DNA of 64,000 bases from NCBI GenBank assembly GCA_963665115.1, contig OY762007.1:1952001-2016000 (forward strand), in the 5' to 3' direction. The notes beneath the pieces are model-generated. The model was not told the DNA's origin. It ran no database searches and saw only the letters and a list, made by a program, of their open reading frames with translations. Of this stretch, positions 10,860 through 23,141 are shown piece after piece (position 1 is the stretch's first letter; every line of letters starts with the position of its first letter). Position numbers and translations under genes: made by a program. This DNA is from an uncultured Rivularia sp. (GTDB lineage: Bacteria > Cyanobacteriota > Cyanobacteriia > Cyanobacteriales > Nostocaceae).

Positions 10860-13431
10860 ATGTTTATTCCCTTAATCCAAAAATATCTCCAAACCTCAAG
10901 CTGCTTGGGGATTCTAGCAATTTCATTTTTGCAAGCTCCAGTTTACGCTCAAGTAATTGAAGATGCTACTTTACCAACTCGCGTTAACAGTACGGATAAT
11001 CTCAATTTTACAATTGACAGCATTAACAATCAAAACCGCGCAGGAAATAATTTATTTCACAGTTTCAAAGAATTTTCTATTCCTACAGGTGGTTCTGCAA
11101 CTTTCAATAATTCTACAGATGTAGTTAATATTATAAATCGGGTAACTGGTGGCAGTATTTCTAATATTGACGGGTTAATCAAAGCTAACGGTAACGCAAA
11201 TTTATTTTTAATTAATCCTGCGGGTATAGTATTCGGTAAGAATGCTCGGTTAGATATCGGCGGTTCGTTTTTTGGAAGTACTGCTAATAGTATTAAATTT
11301 GCTGATGAGGAATTTAGCGCCGTAGATACGATAACAGAGCCATTATTAAGTATTAACGTTCCCCTCGGTTTGCAGATGGGGAGTAATTCAGCAGCGATTG
11401 AGGTACAAGGGAATGGCTACACTTCTCCTTCTAATGATACTGATTTGTTCACTCCTTTTATCATTACTAGCTCCGACGGTTTGCGAGTTAAGCTGGGAAA
11501 TACACTTGCTTTAGTTAGCGGTGGGGTTTCTTTAAATGGAGGTATCCTAGCCGCGAATTCTGGAAGAGTTGAGTTGGGAAGCGTGAAAGAAGGTTTAGTT
11601 AATCTCAATTCAAATCCACAAGGTTGGAGTTTAGATTACGATAACGTGCAAAACTTTGATGATATCAGATTTAATTCTCAAGCTTTAGCTGATGCAAGTG
11701 GTGTGGGAAGCGGTTTCAATTCAATTACAAGGACGAAATATTTCTATCAAAGATGGTTCAACGGTGTTTTTGCAGAGTCGCGGTTTAGAATCTGGAGAAA
11801 AAATCAAAATAAATGCAACAGAATCAATTGAAGTTGTAGGAACCAATTCAAATGGTATTTTGGCTAGTACATTGTTAACTGAAACTGTCGGTGCTGGAAA
11901 CGCCGGGGAAATTACAATTTCAACTGCAAATTTATTTGTTTCTCAGGGTGCAGGAATAACTACCAAAACTTTTGGGCTGGGAAGTGGAGGTGATATTAAT
12001 ATAGAAGCTTCCCAATTCATCGAAATTACAGAGTTTTCTCCTATTAACCCCAGTAATGATACTAAAATTTCTACTGTAAGTTTTCTTGATAGTAAAGCTG
12101 GAGATATTAGTATTTCCACTAAACATTTATCACTTGTAGGTCAAGATATTCAATCTATAAATTTTGGTATTGCCAATGGTGGAAATATTTCGGTTTCAAC
12201 AGAAAAATTGGCAGTTGAAGATGGTGGAGTTATTGCTTCTTCAACTGTAGGAATTGGTTCGGGAGGAGATGTAAATATTGATGCGAAATCGATTGAACTA
12301 GTAGGTATAAATTTTGATAATTTTACAGCTAGCACTTTGACTGCTGCAACACTTGGAAGCGGAAATGCAGGTGATGTAAATGTTAATACAGAGAGTTTGG
12401 CACTTCGGGATGGTGGTAGGGTTGATTCTTCCACGTTTGCTTTTGGAGCAGCAGGAAGCGTAACTATTAATGCTAAAGATTTTGTAGAAGTGAGCGGTAC
12501 AGTGCCAGGTTCTGTTAATCCTAGTTTAATTATTTCTAGCGCCAATATTGTAGATGAATTATTGCAACAGGCTATAGGAATACCAGCTATTCCCAGCGGA
12601 GATTCGGGAAACGTGAATATTAACACTCCTGTTTTAAAAGTTAATAATGGTGCGGAAGTAACTGTAAGAAATGATGGAAAGGGTAAAGGTGGAATTTTAA
12701 ATATCAATGCTAATTCTATTCTTCTCAACAGTAAAGGAAAAATTACCGCATCAACTCAATCTGGTACTGGTGGAAATATTGATTTACAAATTCAAGATGG
12801 TTTAATTCTAAGAAATCAAAGTCTTATTTCTGCTGAAGCTGGTGGTACGGGTGATGGTGGAAATATTAATATCAATTCACCAGTAATTGCTGGTGTGGAA
12901 AACAGCGATATTATTGCGAATGCAGTACAAGGTAATGGTGGAAATATCAATATTAATACTCAAGGCTTATTTGGTTTGCAGTTTCGCTCGGAGTTAACTT
13001 TAGATTCCGATATTACTGCTAGTTCTCAATTTGGTGTTAGCGGTACAGTCGAAATCAATAATCCTGCAATTGACCCTAGTTCCAGCTTGACACAATTACC
13101 ATCTGATGTAGTTGATAGCAGTCAACAAATTGCCAGTGGATGTAGTGTAAATCAAGGAAATAGTTTTACTCTTGTTGGCAAAGGTGGTTTAGCTGCAAAT
13201 CCTGAAGATGTTATTTCAGAAGTAAATGTATGGCGAGATTTACGCGATTTAAATGCTATTAACAATGGTAAAAAAAGGAGCGTTCAAGTTAAAAACGATG
13301 TTCCGATGAAAATTGTTGAAGCTACTGGTTGGGTTGTTGATAAGCACGGGAATGTTGAATTTGTAGCTGAATCTGAAAATCTAGATAGTTGGCACAAGGC
13401 GAGTAATTGTAAAGGGGAATTAAGCAGTTAA
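10860..13431 (+). CDS. Filamentous haemagglutinin-type exoprotein, copy 2 (apparent +1 frameshift at ~11715)
   Basis: ORFs 10818-11831 and 11692-13431 join into a collinear paralog if one T of GGTTTCAATT is removed (copy 1 has GGTTCAATT). Confidence 0.88.
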
Positions 13432-13460
13432 TTAGCGGTTTTAGAGATTAAGGTTAGGCG

Positions 13461-13507
13461 TTAAGCGTTTATGCAGTGAGTCGTTAGACTAAGCTCTACC
13501 GAAGGTA
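13461..13507 (+). mobile_element. 47-bp HIP1-targeted micro-insertion, copy 2
   Basis: GCG|TTAAGCGTTTATGCAGTGAGTCGTTAGACTAAGCTCTACCGAAGGTA|ATCGC, nearly identical to the reverse complement of 7854-7901. Confidence 0.85.
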
Positions 13508-13637
13508 ATCGCCATAATACATCCTGAAATTTTTCTTAGATAAATATCTTAGATAAATATAAAATAAATTTGCATTTTCAATTTTTAACTTTTATCTGGG
13601 AATCATATATAAAAGTCAAGCACTACCACTCTTGTAT

Positions 13638-16205
13638 ATGTTTATTCTCTCTATAAAACAATCTTTTCAAAGTTTAAGCTTTTTAAGCATCCTAGCAATT
13701 TCATTTTTACAAACCCCAGCATATGCTCAACGGGTAATTGAAGATGGTACTTTACCTACTCGCGTTAACAGTACAGATAATCTCAATTTTACAATTGATA
13801 GTATTAAGAATAAAAACCGCGTAGGAAATAATTTATTTCATAGTTTCAAAGAGTTTTCTATTCCTACGGGTGGCTCTGCAATTTTCAATAATTCCACGGA
13901 TGTGGTTAATATAATTAATCGGGTAACTGGTGGAAATATTTCTAATATTAATGGATTAATTAAAGCGAAAAGTAATGCAAATTTATTTTTAATTAATCCT
14001 GCGGGTATAGTATTCGGTAAAGATGCTCGCTTGGATATCGGTGGTTCGTTTTTTGGTAGTACTTCTGAAAGCATCAAATTCGCAGATGGTGAATTTAGCG
14101 CAATTGATACGATAACAGAACCATTGTTGTCTATTAATATACCTCTGGGTTTACAGATGGGAAGTAGTTCAGCAGCCATCGAAGTACAAGGTGAGGGTTA
14201 CAAAACTACTACCGATATAGATAGAAAACCTTTTATTCTTTCGAGTAGGGACGGTTTACGGGTTAAATCTGGAAATACTTTGGCTTTAATTGCTAGCGAG
14301 GTTTCTTTAAATGGAGGTTTAGTAGCCGCAAATTCTGGAAAAGTTGAATTGGGGGCTGTTAAAGAAGGTTTAGTTAATATTAATTTAACTACGCAAGGTT
14401 GGAATTTTGATTACAAAGGGTTGCAAGATTTTGGTGATATTAAGCTTAACTCTTTAGCCTTAGCTAATGCAAGTGGAACGGGAAACGGTTCTATTCAATT
14501 ACAAGGAAGAAATGTTTCTCTCAAAGATGGTTCAAGAGTGTTTATACAAAGTCAGGGAAACACGGGATTAGGAAAAATTGAGGTAAATGCAACAGAATCA
14601 ATTGATGTTGTAGGTACTAATTCAGATGGAAGTTTGGTAAGTGCAGTGTTAACTGAAACTATCAGAATGGGAGATGCAGCAGAAATTTTAATTTCAACTC
14701 CAAATTTACTCTTAACTCAAGATGCAGTAATCTCAAGTAGAACTTTTAGTCCCGGAAAAGGAGGTGATATTACAGTAAATGCTTCTCAAGCAGTACAGGT
14801 TAGTGAAACTTCTCCTATAAATCCTAGAAATGATACTAAAATCTCTACTGTCAGCTTTCGTGATGGTAAAGCCGGAGATATTAGCATCCTAACCAAACAG
14901 TTATCACTTCTAGGTCAAGATATTCTATCTACGACTTTTGGCATTAATGATGGCGGAAAAATTTATGTCTCAACCGAGGAATTAATAATTGAAGATGGTG
15001 GAGTTATTGCTTCTGCAACTTTAGCAATTGGTTCGGGAGGAGAAGTTGAGATTGACGCGAAATCGATTGAACTAATAGGCACAGATCCTGATTTTACACC
15101 TAGTGCTTTGACTGCTGCAACACTTGGAAGCGGAAATGCAGGTGATTTAATTGTTAATACCGAAAGTTTGGTACTTCGGGATGGTGGTAGAGTTGATTCT
15201 TCCACCCTTGCTTCCGGTACAGGGGGAAGCGTAACTGTTAATGCTAAGAATTTTATTGAAGTAAGTGGTACAGTACCGGGTTCAATTAATCCTAGCTTAA
15301 TCGCTTCTAGTGCAAATATTGTAGATGAATCCTTGCAACAGCTTTTAGGATTACCTGCTATTCCCAGCGGAAATTCGGGTAACGTAACGATTAATACGCC
15401 GATTTTAAAAGTTTTTGACGGTGGGGAAGTAACTGTAAAAAATGATGGAACTGGTAAAGGTGGAATGTTAGATATTAATGCTAATTCTATTCTTCTTAAC
15501 AGCAAAGGAAAGATAACAGCTTCTACCCAATCTGGTGGAGGTGGAAATATTGATTTACAAATTCAAGATGGTTTAATTTTAATAAATCAAAGTCTTATTT
15601 CTGCTGAAGCTGGAGGTACAGGAAACGGTGGAAATATTAATATCAATTCACCAGTAATTGCAGGTTTAGAAAACAGCGATATTGTTGCTAATGCTTCAGA
15701 AGGTAACGGTGGAAATATCAATATTAATACGAGTGGTTTATTCGGTTTGCAGTTTCGCTCGGAGTTAACTATAGATTCCGATATTACTGCTAGTTCTCAA
15801 TTTGGAGTTAACGGTACTGTAGAAATTAATAATCCGGCAATCGATCCTAGTTCCAGCTTGACACAATTACCATCTGATGTAGTTGATAGCAGTCAACAAA
15901 TTGCCAGTGGATGTAGTGCAGCTCAAGGAAATAGTTTTACGGCTGTCGGTAAAGGTGGTTTAGCTGCGAATCCTGAAGATGTAATTACAAGTATAAGTTT
16001 ATGGAACGATTTGCGCGATTTGAGTATTTTTGAAAGAGAGAATAAAACAGATATTCAAGCTAGGGAAAATTCTATAAAACCAATTGTAGAAGCTACTGGT
16101 TGGGTTGTTGATAAACAAGGAAATATCGAATTTGTGGCTCAATCTGGTATTCAAAATAGTTGGCAGAAGATGAGTAATTGTAACGGTGAGTTGGAGGAGA
16201 CATAG
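13638..16205 (+). CDS. Filamentous haemagglutinin-type exoprotein, copy 3
   Basis: Same architecture and motifs as copies 1 and 2. Confidence 0.92.
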   Translation: MFILSIKQSFQSLSFLSILAISFLQTPAYAQRVIEDGTLPTRVNSTDNLNFTIDSIKNKNRVGNNLFHSFKEFSIPTGGSAIFNNSTDVVNIINRVTGGNISNINGLIKAKSNANLFLINPAGIVFGKDARLDIGGSFFGSTSESIKFADGEFSAIDTITEPLLSINIPLGLQMGSSSAAIEVQGEGYKTTTDIDRKPFILSSRDGLRVKSGNTLALIASEVSLNGGLVAANSGKVELGAVKEGLVNINLTTQGWNFDYKGLQDFGDIKLNSLALANASGTGNGSIQLQGRNVSLKDGSRVFIQSQGNTGLGKIEVNATESIDVVGTNSDGSLVSAVLTETIRMGDAAEILISTPNLLLTQDAVISSRTFSPGKGGDITVNASQAVQVSETSPINPRNDTKISTVSFRDGKAGDISILTKQLSLLGQDILSTTFGINDGGKIYVSTEELIIEDGGVIASATLAIGSGGEVEIDAKSIELIGTDPDFTPSALTAATLGSGNAGDLIVNTESLVLRDGGRVDSSTLASGTGGSVTVNAKNFIEVSGTVPGSINPSLIASSANIVDESLQQLLGLPAIPSGNSGNVTINTPILKVFDGGEVTVKNDGTGKGGMLDINANSILLNSKGKITASTQSGGGGNIDLQIQDGLILINQSLISAEAGGTGNGGNININSPVIAGLENSDIVANASEGNGGNININTSGLFGLQFRSELTIDSDITASSQFGVNGTVEINNPAIDPSSSLTQLPSDVVDSSQQIASGCSAAQGNSFTAVGKGGLAANPEDVITSISLWNDLRDLSIFERENKTDIQARENSIKPIVEATGWVVDKQGNIEFVAQSGIQNSWQKMSNCNGELEET

Positions 16206-16239
16206 CAGTGCTACGTCTCTACATTAGTGACTATTTTAT

Positions 16240-17073
16240 TTACAGTTTACCCGTGAAGACTTTCTCGGCTGGCCCAGTCATGTAAATTCGCTCATTATCC
16301 GACCATTCTATTAATAATGGGCCTCCGGGAAGTTCTACGGTGGCTGTTCGATCGCATTTTCCGTTTAATACACCGGCTACCAAGGAAGCACAGGCTCCCG
16401 TACCGCAGGCTAAAGTAATACCCGCGCCACGCTCCCAAACTCGCATTTTTACGTGGTTAGAACTGACAACTTGAATAAATTCAGTGTTAATTCTTTCGGG
16501 GAAAGCTGGGTTATTTTCAAACTGGGGACCAATTTTTTCTAATTGAATTGCGGCAACATCTTCTACAAAAGTAATGCAGTGAGGATTACCCATATTCACA
16601 CAGGTAACATCCCAAGATTTACCGGCTATTTCTAAAGCTTGATTAACTACTTTTTCGTTTTTAACAGCAAGAGTAGTAGGAATTTCACCCGCAGTCAATC
16701 TAGGAGTTCCCATATCAACTTTAACTTGACCGTCGGACATTAATTGAGGTGTTATGGTACCGGCTAAAGTATGAATTTGGTACTTGCTTTTTTTTGCGTC
16801 TCCTTCTAATTCAGCCAGAAAAGCAGCCATACAGCGAATACCATTTCCGCACATTTCCGGTTCCGAACCATCAGAGTTAAAAATCCGCATAGTATAGTCA
16901 GTGCCATTTTCTCCAGGTAAAGCAAAAATGACACCATCAGCACCGATACCAAAATGGCGATCGCACAACTGAATTGCTTGCTCTGGAGTAACTGCCGGTT
17001 CGGAAGATGAGCGATTATCAATCAAAATAAAATCGTTACCTAAACCCTGATACTTAGTAAAATTAATTGCCAT
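16240..17073 (-). CDS. dapF: Diaminopimelate epimerase
   Basis: [29 protein letters not shown] motifs. Confidence 0.97.
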   Translation of the reverse strand: MAINFTKYQGLGNDFILIDNRSSSEPAVTPEQAIQLCDRHFGIGADGVIFALPGENGTDYTMRIFNSDGSEPEMCGNGIRCMAAFLAELEGDAKKSKYQIHTLAGTITPQLMSDGQVKVDMGTPRLTAGEIPTTLAVKNEKVVNQALEIAGKSWDVTCVNMGNPHCITFVEDVAAIQLEKIGPQFENNPAFPERINTEFIQVVSSNHVKMRVWERGAGITLACGTGACASLVAGVLNGKCDRTATVELPGGPLLIEWSDNERIYMTGPAEKVFTGKL

Positions 17074-17182
17074 TTGCCTATGAGATGAATTATTACAGTA
17101 AAGAAATTGTTAGTTGTTAGTTGTTCAAAACACTATCTACTAACCACTAACCACTATCCACTATCCACTAAGCACATAAACA

Positions 17183-17398
17183 ATGTTGACAGAATTCGAT
17201 ACTTCATTACCCAGCGTCAAGCAAGTTCAAAGATTAATTCAAGAAAACACGCAAATTGAACTAAAGCTAATAACCGGCGATGTCATTGCAGGCAAAGTAT
17301 TATGGCAAGACTTACAGTGTTTCTGCATCATGTCAGAAGACAATCAAAAAACCACCGTCTGGAAGCAGGCGATCGCCTTTTTGAAAATCGGGAGTTAG
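17183..17398 (+). CDS. hfq: Cyanobacterial Hfq-like RNA chaperone
   Basis: FDTSLPSVKQVQ...KLITGD...GKVLWQD...WKQAIA; divergent from dapF. Confidence 0.9.
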   Translation: MLTEFDTSLPSVKQVQRLIQENTQIELKLITGDVIAGKVLWQDLQCFCIMSEDNQKTTVWKQAIAFLKIGS

Positions 17399-17530
17399 GG
17401 GAGAGGGGGGAGAGGGGGGAGAGGGGGTAGAGGGGGGAGAAATAAATTCCTACCTAACTATTCCCTATTACTCATTCCCATGCCCAATGCCCCATCCCCC
17501 ATGCCCAATGCCCCATCCCCCATTTCCATT
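17397..17530. repeat. STRR/low-complexity tandem repeats (GGGGGAGAG; CCCAATG/CCCCATC)
   Basis: Visible tandem units between convergent genes. Confidence 0.85.
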
Positions 17531-17532
17531 CT

Positions 17533-19873
17533 TCATTCCCGCAATTCATCAAGCGGCAAGTATTCGCGCAATGCTTCTAATTCTGCGGCTTTGACTACTG
17601 GAATTGATAATGCTGGCTGGTTGTTTTGGGGTGATAGTAATTGTTCTAGTTCATTTAAAGCGGATAATCTGCCGCACAATAATAGTTGATCGCGGTTTTG
17701 CAGTTTGGTTTTGCCGTTGGGATAGCGAATAAATTTTCCTTCTCGCCTGATTGCTTGTATTTCTACTGCGTATTGTTTGCGGATGTCTAAGTTGCTAAGG
17801 GTTTTACCTAATATGGGGGATTCTGCGCTGAGTTTTACCCACTGACAAGCGCTGTTTTCTCCGGGTACGGTTGCTTTCCCGGATGCGAATTCGTCTAAGG
17901 CTGCTATTTCTTCGGATGAACCAACCACTAAAAGTTTGTCGCCTTGTTCTAAATTTGTTGCAGCGTCGGGATAATCTATTTCTTCCCCGGTGGTGCGCTT
18001 GATTGCCATTAAGCTCACGCCAGTAAGATAGCGCATATCGGCTTGTTCTAAGGTCATGCCGACGAGGGGAGAGTTTGTTGGGAGGGGATACCAGCGTTTG
18101 TTTAAATCGGCTGTGGCGCGTCGCAAATCGCGGGCTACTTCGGAGGCTGATTGTTCGGGACGGAAATCTAAGTAGTGACTTTGACGAATTTCTTGGATTT
18201 CTCGCTGTACTGTTGTTGGCGATAAGCCGACATCTGTTAACACGAAGGAAACCATTTCTAAACTAGCTTCAAATTCTGGCTGTACTACTTCTCGCGCTCC
18301 TAATTGGTAAAGTGCTTCAATATTTTTATTGTTAGTAGCGCGAACAACTATATTTAATTCCGGAAATAATTCCAAACCGCGACGTAGAGAAAGACGAGTA
18401 CTCATTGGATCGGGAAGTGCGATCGCCATTGCTTTGGCTTGGGTTACTCCTGCTGTTTCTAAGACGTGAAAACTAACGCAGTTACCGTATACATAAGGAA
18501 TTTTCGCTTCTCGCAGTTGTTGAATTACTCTTTCGGATTGATCTATAACTACTACGGGTAGCTGATGAAAAAGCAGCAATTTAACTAGGTTTTTACCAAC
18601 TCTTCCGTAACCGCAAACTATTACATGATCTTTTATCGGTAAATCGTCGGCTGCATCTAAGGGTTTGCCTTCACCGTTGAGATAAGGTTTTAACCAGGGC
18701 ATCGATTCGGCCCAATCAAAGAAAATTGGTACCAATCGCAACACGAAGGGCGTTAAAACTAATGTTACTGCCGTTGTACCTAAAATAAGTAAATATACTT
18801 TACGAGATACTAACCCTAATTTTTGACCTTCACTAGCGAGAACAAAGGAAAATTCACCAATTTGAGACAATCCCAATCCCGCAATTATCGCCGTTTTCAG
18901 CGGATAGCGAAATATTTTTACTAAAGGAGTGATTATTAAAAATTTACCGATAAATACTAGCGTGACCAATCCTAAAATTAATTCCAGATGGCTCCATAGA
19001 AATACCGGATCGATCAACATCCCGATCGCTACAAAAAACAAACTGGCGCAAATATCCCGCAGCGGTTCTACATAAGTTAAAGTTTGATCGGCATATTCCA
19101 CCTCGGAAATCATCAAACCGGCGACAAACGCCCCCATTTCAATGGAAAGTCCCAACTCTTCGGTTAACAGAGCGATTCCCAAACACAGAGCTACCACACC
19201 TAATAAAAATAACTCCCGGCTTTCCGTCCGCGCTAATAATTGCAATAAAGGCGGAATCAGCCAAATTCCCGTGGCTACAGCACCCGCAGCGAATAAACCA
19301 ATTTTTAACAAAGCCAACAGCACCGCCATGCCCAGAGTTTCCACGGGTTGGTCGAGAGCGGGTAACACTGCTAACATTAATCCCAACGCTAAATCCTGTA
19401 CCACCAGGATTCCTAACATTACCTGTCCGTGAGGGGTTTCCGTTTCATTGCGTTCCATCAAACACTTCAAAACAACCGCAGTGGAAGACAATGATAAAAT
19501 TGCCCCCAAAAATACACCTTGGACTGGCGAATCTACCCAACCGACTCCCACCGACACCAGAGTCGTGACTGCGATAGTCAAAATAATTTGTAAACCACCA
19601 CCACCCAAACTAATTTTCTTAACCTTGTTGAGTTCCGCAAAAGAAAACTCCACACCCAGCGCAAACAATAAGAAAGCCACACCAAACTGCGCCAACGTCT
19701 CAACTTGAATAAACTCCTTAATTAATCCAAATCCAGTTGGCCCCAACTATCATTCCACCTGCGAGATACCCCAATAGCACGGGTAAACCCAAAAGCGAAG
19801 CACACAGTCCCCCACCAGCAGCAACGGCGAGAACCGAAACCAAATCAACTATTAATCTAAAATCTTCTTGCAC
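17533..19873 (-). CDS. CPA2-family cation:proton antiporter with TrkA-N/TrkA-C domains (apparent +1 frameshift at CCCC 19741-19744)
   Basis: True start GTG 19873 (MQEDFRLIVDLVSVLAVA...GYLAGGMIVG); LSSTAVV, QDL, CGYGRVG motifs. Confidence 0.9.
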
Positions 19874-19944
19874 GAGCTTATAAAAAAATCTGAATATCCC
19901 TATTCAAATAGCATACAAAGTTTTGTGAAGACTGTCTCAGGAAT

Positions 19945-20173
19945 CAGTTATCAGTTATCAGTTATCAGTTATCAGTTACCGATTTTAAATTTACATTAAC
20001 TCCCAATCCCCAATCCCCAATCCCCAATGCCCCATCCCCAATGCCCAATCCCCAATCCCCAATGCCCCATCCCCAATGCCCAATCCCCAATCCCCAATGC
20101 CCCATCCCCAATGCCCAATGCCCAATCCCCAATGCCCCATCCCCAATGCCCAATCCCCAATGCCCCATTCCCA
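19945..20173. repeat. STRR heptamer tracts (TCAGTTA)n and (CCCAATC/CCCAATG/CCCCATC)n
   Basis: More than 20 tandem heptamers. Confidence 0.95.
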
Positions 20174-20177
20174 ATTA

Positions 20178-21572
20178 TTAAAAAACCATTTCTTCCAAAG
20201 CCGTTTGTAAATCTTGAGTTAATTGAGCTACAGCTTGCTTTGCACCTTGACGGCTTTGTTGATAAACGGTAGTGCGATCGCTCACCGAAATAGGTTCTCC
20301 CACAGTCACCGTTGACTTACGCAATCCTAAGCGGGGACGACGAGGACTTTTATTACCTTTGATTCGGGCGATCGCATCAAACAAAATTAAGGTTGTTTCG
20401 GCAAATCTTTCAAAACTAGGTTTTTCTTTAACGTAAGTAGCTGTCATGACGACAAAATATTCTACCAAACGCATATGCAGCATTTTTAAATCGGCTTCTG
20501 CTGCAATCCAATCTGCTAAACCTCGTTTCACAGGAGATAATTTTTTGAACTTGTCCTCTTCTTCGCGATAAATGTAATTCCAACCAGCTTCTTCTAAACG
20601 TCTACAGCGTTCAATTACGTTTCCTTTTTTCTTAATACCAAAATATTCTTCACCTACCTGTAGAGATACATCTAATAATTGTTGTAGTCTAGCTGTGAGA
20701 TTTTCTTCTAAACTAACAGAATCTACAGATAAATCTTGCAAATCGCGATGATAAAAACAACGATAAAACTGTTCCATTTCTTCAATAAGATATTCTCCCA
20801 ATCTCAATAAACGCTTTAGATATAATTGTTCTGGTTCCGTATTAGTAATTTCTATAGTTTGTTTTGATAAACCGCAATCCGCTTCTAATTTACTTAACAG
20901 CCGATCGAGTTTTGACCATTGAGGATTAATGTAAGAATACTGAATGTTAATTGGAAGAACAACAACTCGTTCAAAACGGCTGGCTTTTGCTAAATCCTCC
21001 GCACACCAAAACGCTAATTGAGCTACACCAGGTTCGAGAGGACTAATAACTTCGCTATGCCCATTTGTCGCACCTTCAGGAGCAACTACCAAAGGAAACT
21101 TACCATCAACCAATATTTCTCTGACTTTTTTTATCGCTTGCAAATCAAGAGCTTTACCTCGATGTACGGGAATACCTCCTAACTTGGAAAACAACCAACC
21201 CAGCCAATCACCAGCCCAAATTGTCATACCTCTGTCATACATAAAATGACAGTTAGCTGGAGATTTAATCGCAATATTATTTTGACGAGCAACAAGCGGT
21301 ATTTCGCGAGAAAATAAATATAAACCAATAAGAGGGTCGTCTACTTCGCAATGACGAAAGGAGAAGATAAGGCGAATTTTTCCTATTTGGAATTGATGGT
21401 AAAGATTAACTAAAGTTTCTTTATTTATTGTTTCAATTTCTTTAATTCCTGCTGGTAGCCAAGGCTGCAAGCGAAATCGTTGTAAAAGAGGCAGCGACCA
21501 ATGAACAAGTCGAAGAATTGAAAAGTTAAAATCTGGAGAAATAAAACCTAGTTTTGGTTGAGCGCGTTGCAT
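20178..21572 (-). CDS. Glycerol-phosphate acyltransferase family protein (PlsC-like)
   Basis: FRHCEVDD (HX4D), APEGATNG motifs. Confidence 0.85.
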   Translation of the reverse strand: MQRAQPKLGFISPDFNFSILRLVHWSLPLLQRFRLQPWLPAGIKEIETINKETLVNLYHQFQIGKIRLIFSFRHCEVDDPLIGLYLFSREIPLVARQNNIAIKSPANCHFMYDRGMTIWAGDWLGWLFSKLGGIPVHRGKALDLQAIKKVREILVDGKFPLVVAPEGATNGHSEVISPLEPGVAQLAFWCAEDLAKASRFERVVVLPINIQYSYINPQWSKLDRLLSKLEADCGLSKQTIEITNTEPEQLYLKRLLRLGEYLIEEMEQFYRCFYHRDLQDLSVDSVSLEENLTARLQQLLDVSLQVGEEYFGIKKKGNVIERCRRLEEAGWNYIYREEEDKFKKLSPVKRGLADWIAAEADLKMLHMRLVEYFVVMTATYVKEKPSFERFAETTLILFDAIARIKGNKSPRRPRLGLRKSTVTVGEPISVSDRTTVYQQSRQGAKQAVAQLTQDLQTALEEMVF

Positions 21573-21627
21573 ATTTTAGTTGTTAGTTGTTAGTTGCTAG
21601 TTGTTAAATATTCCCCTGTTCCCTGTT

Positions 21628-21854
21628 CCCTACTTTCTACTCTCTACTTTCTACTCCCTACTCCCTACTCCCTACTCCCTACTCCCTACTTTCTACTCCC
21701 TACTCCCTACTCCCTACTCCCTACTCCCTACTCCCTACTCCCTACTTTCTACTCCCTACTCCCTACTCCCTACTCCCTACTTTCTACTCCCTACTCCCTA
21801 CTCCCTACTCCCTACTCCCTACTTTCTACTCCCTACTTTCTACTCCCTACTCCC
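21628..21854. repeat. STRR heptamer tract (CTACTCC/CTACTTT)n
   Basis: About 30 tandem heptamers. Confidence 0.95.
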
Positions 21855-21869
21855 TCAAATACTGACAAA

Positions 21870-22724
21870 CTACTTTATTATTCCCGAACTCAACAGATGT
21901 CTTTGTATCCAATCTTCCATATCTCTTAGTACCTCTTGGTAGTTAATATCGCTGTGAAGCTCATGATAGCCACCTGCGTACTCTTGTCTTTCTTTATCAG
22001 CTAAAGTTAAGCGTTCAAAAAAAATACTGCTGCTTTGAGGTAAGGTAACTTTATCCGCACCACCATGAAGAATTAATAGAGGAACTTTTATTTCTGGGAT
22101 ACGAGCCTCAATCCACTCAATAGTATTTAGTAATTCTGTAGCTAATCTAGCGGTACCTCGGCTATGACGAAGCGGATCTTCTCTGCAAGCGGCGACTGCT
22201 TTTGGATCGCGAGAAGCAGCACTAAAGTCTATTCCCGTAGCTAAAGAGAAACGAGGCAAAATGCCGGACAATATTTTACCAGCTAATAACTTCCACGAAG
22301 TTACCCCCAATCCCAAAGCTGGAGCTAACAATATTAAACCTTTGAGTTGCACGGGTTCTCGTAAAATATAGTCTAAAGCAATGGTTCCCCCCATGCTTTG
22401 AGCAATAATAAACAAATCTTGGTTGGGTTCTTTCGCTTTGACTAAATCTAAAAATGACGCTAAATCCGATCGAAATTCTGCCCAACTATTAATATAGCCG
22501 CGTTGACCTGGCGATCGCCCATTACCACGCAAATCAAAGCTATAAACAGCGTAATTACACTCAGTTAAATATTCGACCATAAGTGCAAAAATGCCGCTAT
22601 GCCCTCCGTGTCCGTGAATTATTACCAAAACGGCTTCTGTTGAACTTTGAGGATGCCAACTTTGATAATACAGTTCGAGTCCTTTTGCACCTTGGAAAGT
22701 TCCTTGTCTATGATGATTTATCAT
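21870..22724 (-). CDS. Alpha/beta hydrolase, lysophospholipase/monoglyceride lipase-like
   Basis: [28 protein letters not shown]; probable ATG at 22724. Confidence 0.88.
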   Translation of the reverse strand: MINHHRQGTFQGAKGLELYYQSWHPQSSTEAVLVIIHGHGGHSGIFALMVEYLTECNYAVYSFDLRGNGRSPGQRGYINSWAEFRSDLASFLDLVKAKEPNQDLFIIAQSMGGTIALDYILREPVQLKGLILLAPALGLGVTSWKLLAGKILSGILPRFSLATGIDFSAASRDPKAVAACREDPLRHSRGTARLATELLNTIEWIEARIPEIKVPLLILHGGADKVTLPQSSSIFFERLTLADKERQEYAGGYHELHSDINYQEVLRDMEDWIQRHLLSSGIIK

Positions 22725-23141
22725 TTTAAATTGATATTCATATTGCGATAATTTTGTAGTATTAACCGACCCTATAAAATCCGTATAATCTGGCAAAATA
22801 ATAGTAGTGCGTTAAAGTAAATCGTTAGACATTCAGGTGATAATAAAGTTACAGCCGATAAAATTCGATGGTTATCAATATTTAAAGCAATAAAATTAAT
22901 ATACCTTATTCTTACTTCTCATTTACAATCGCTATTTAGCGTTTGACAAAGTAATTATATTATTTTTCAGGCTTAATATATATCAAAAATTATATTAAAG
23001 GTAAAAAAATACTAAAAACACTCTTATTTAATATTTAAAGCTTTACACCTATGGTTATTAAAAATACCTAACCGTAAAATATATCTTTCAGAAAATATAA
23101 CTGCTCGCTGTTAACTGTTCACTGCTTACTGTTTCTTGATT

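Noticed and set aside
8335..15505. Minus-strand ORFs inside the haemagglutinin genes
   Set aside because: Antisense shadows of repetitive coding sequence with no independent motifs.
8138..16205. Diversity-generating retroelement template/variable repeats
   Set aside because: Differences between copies are not adenine-specific and no reverse transcriptase is present.
19965..21942. ORFs such as [11 protein letters not shown]..., [11 protein letters not shown]... and ...LLPTPYS...
   Set aside because: Translations of STRR heptamer tracts. The same applies to 608-808, 17480-17689, 25006-25203 and 38451-38687.
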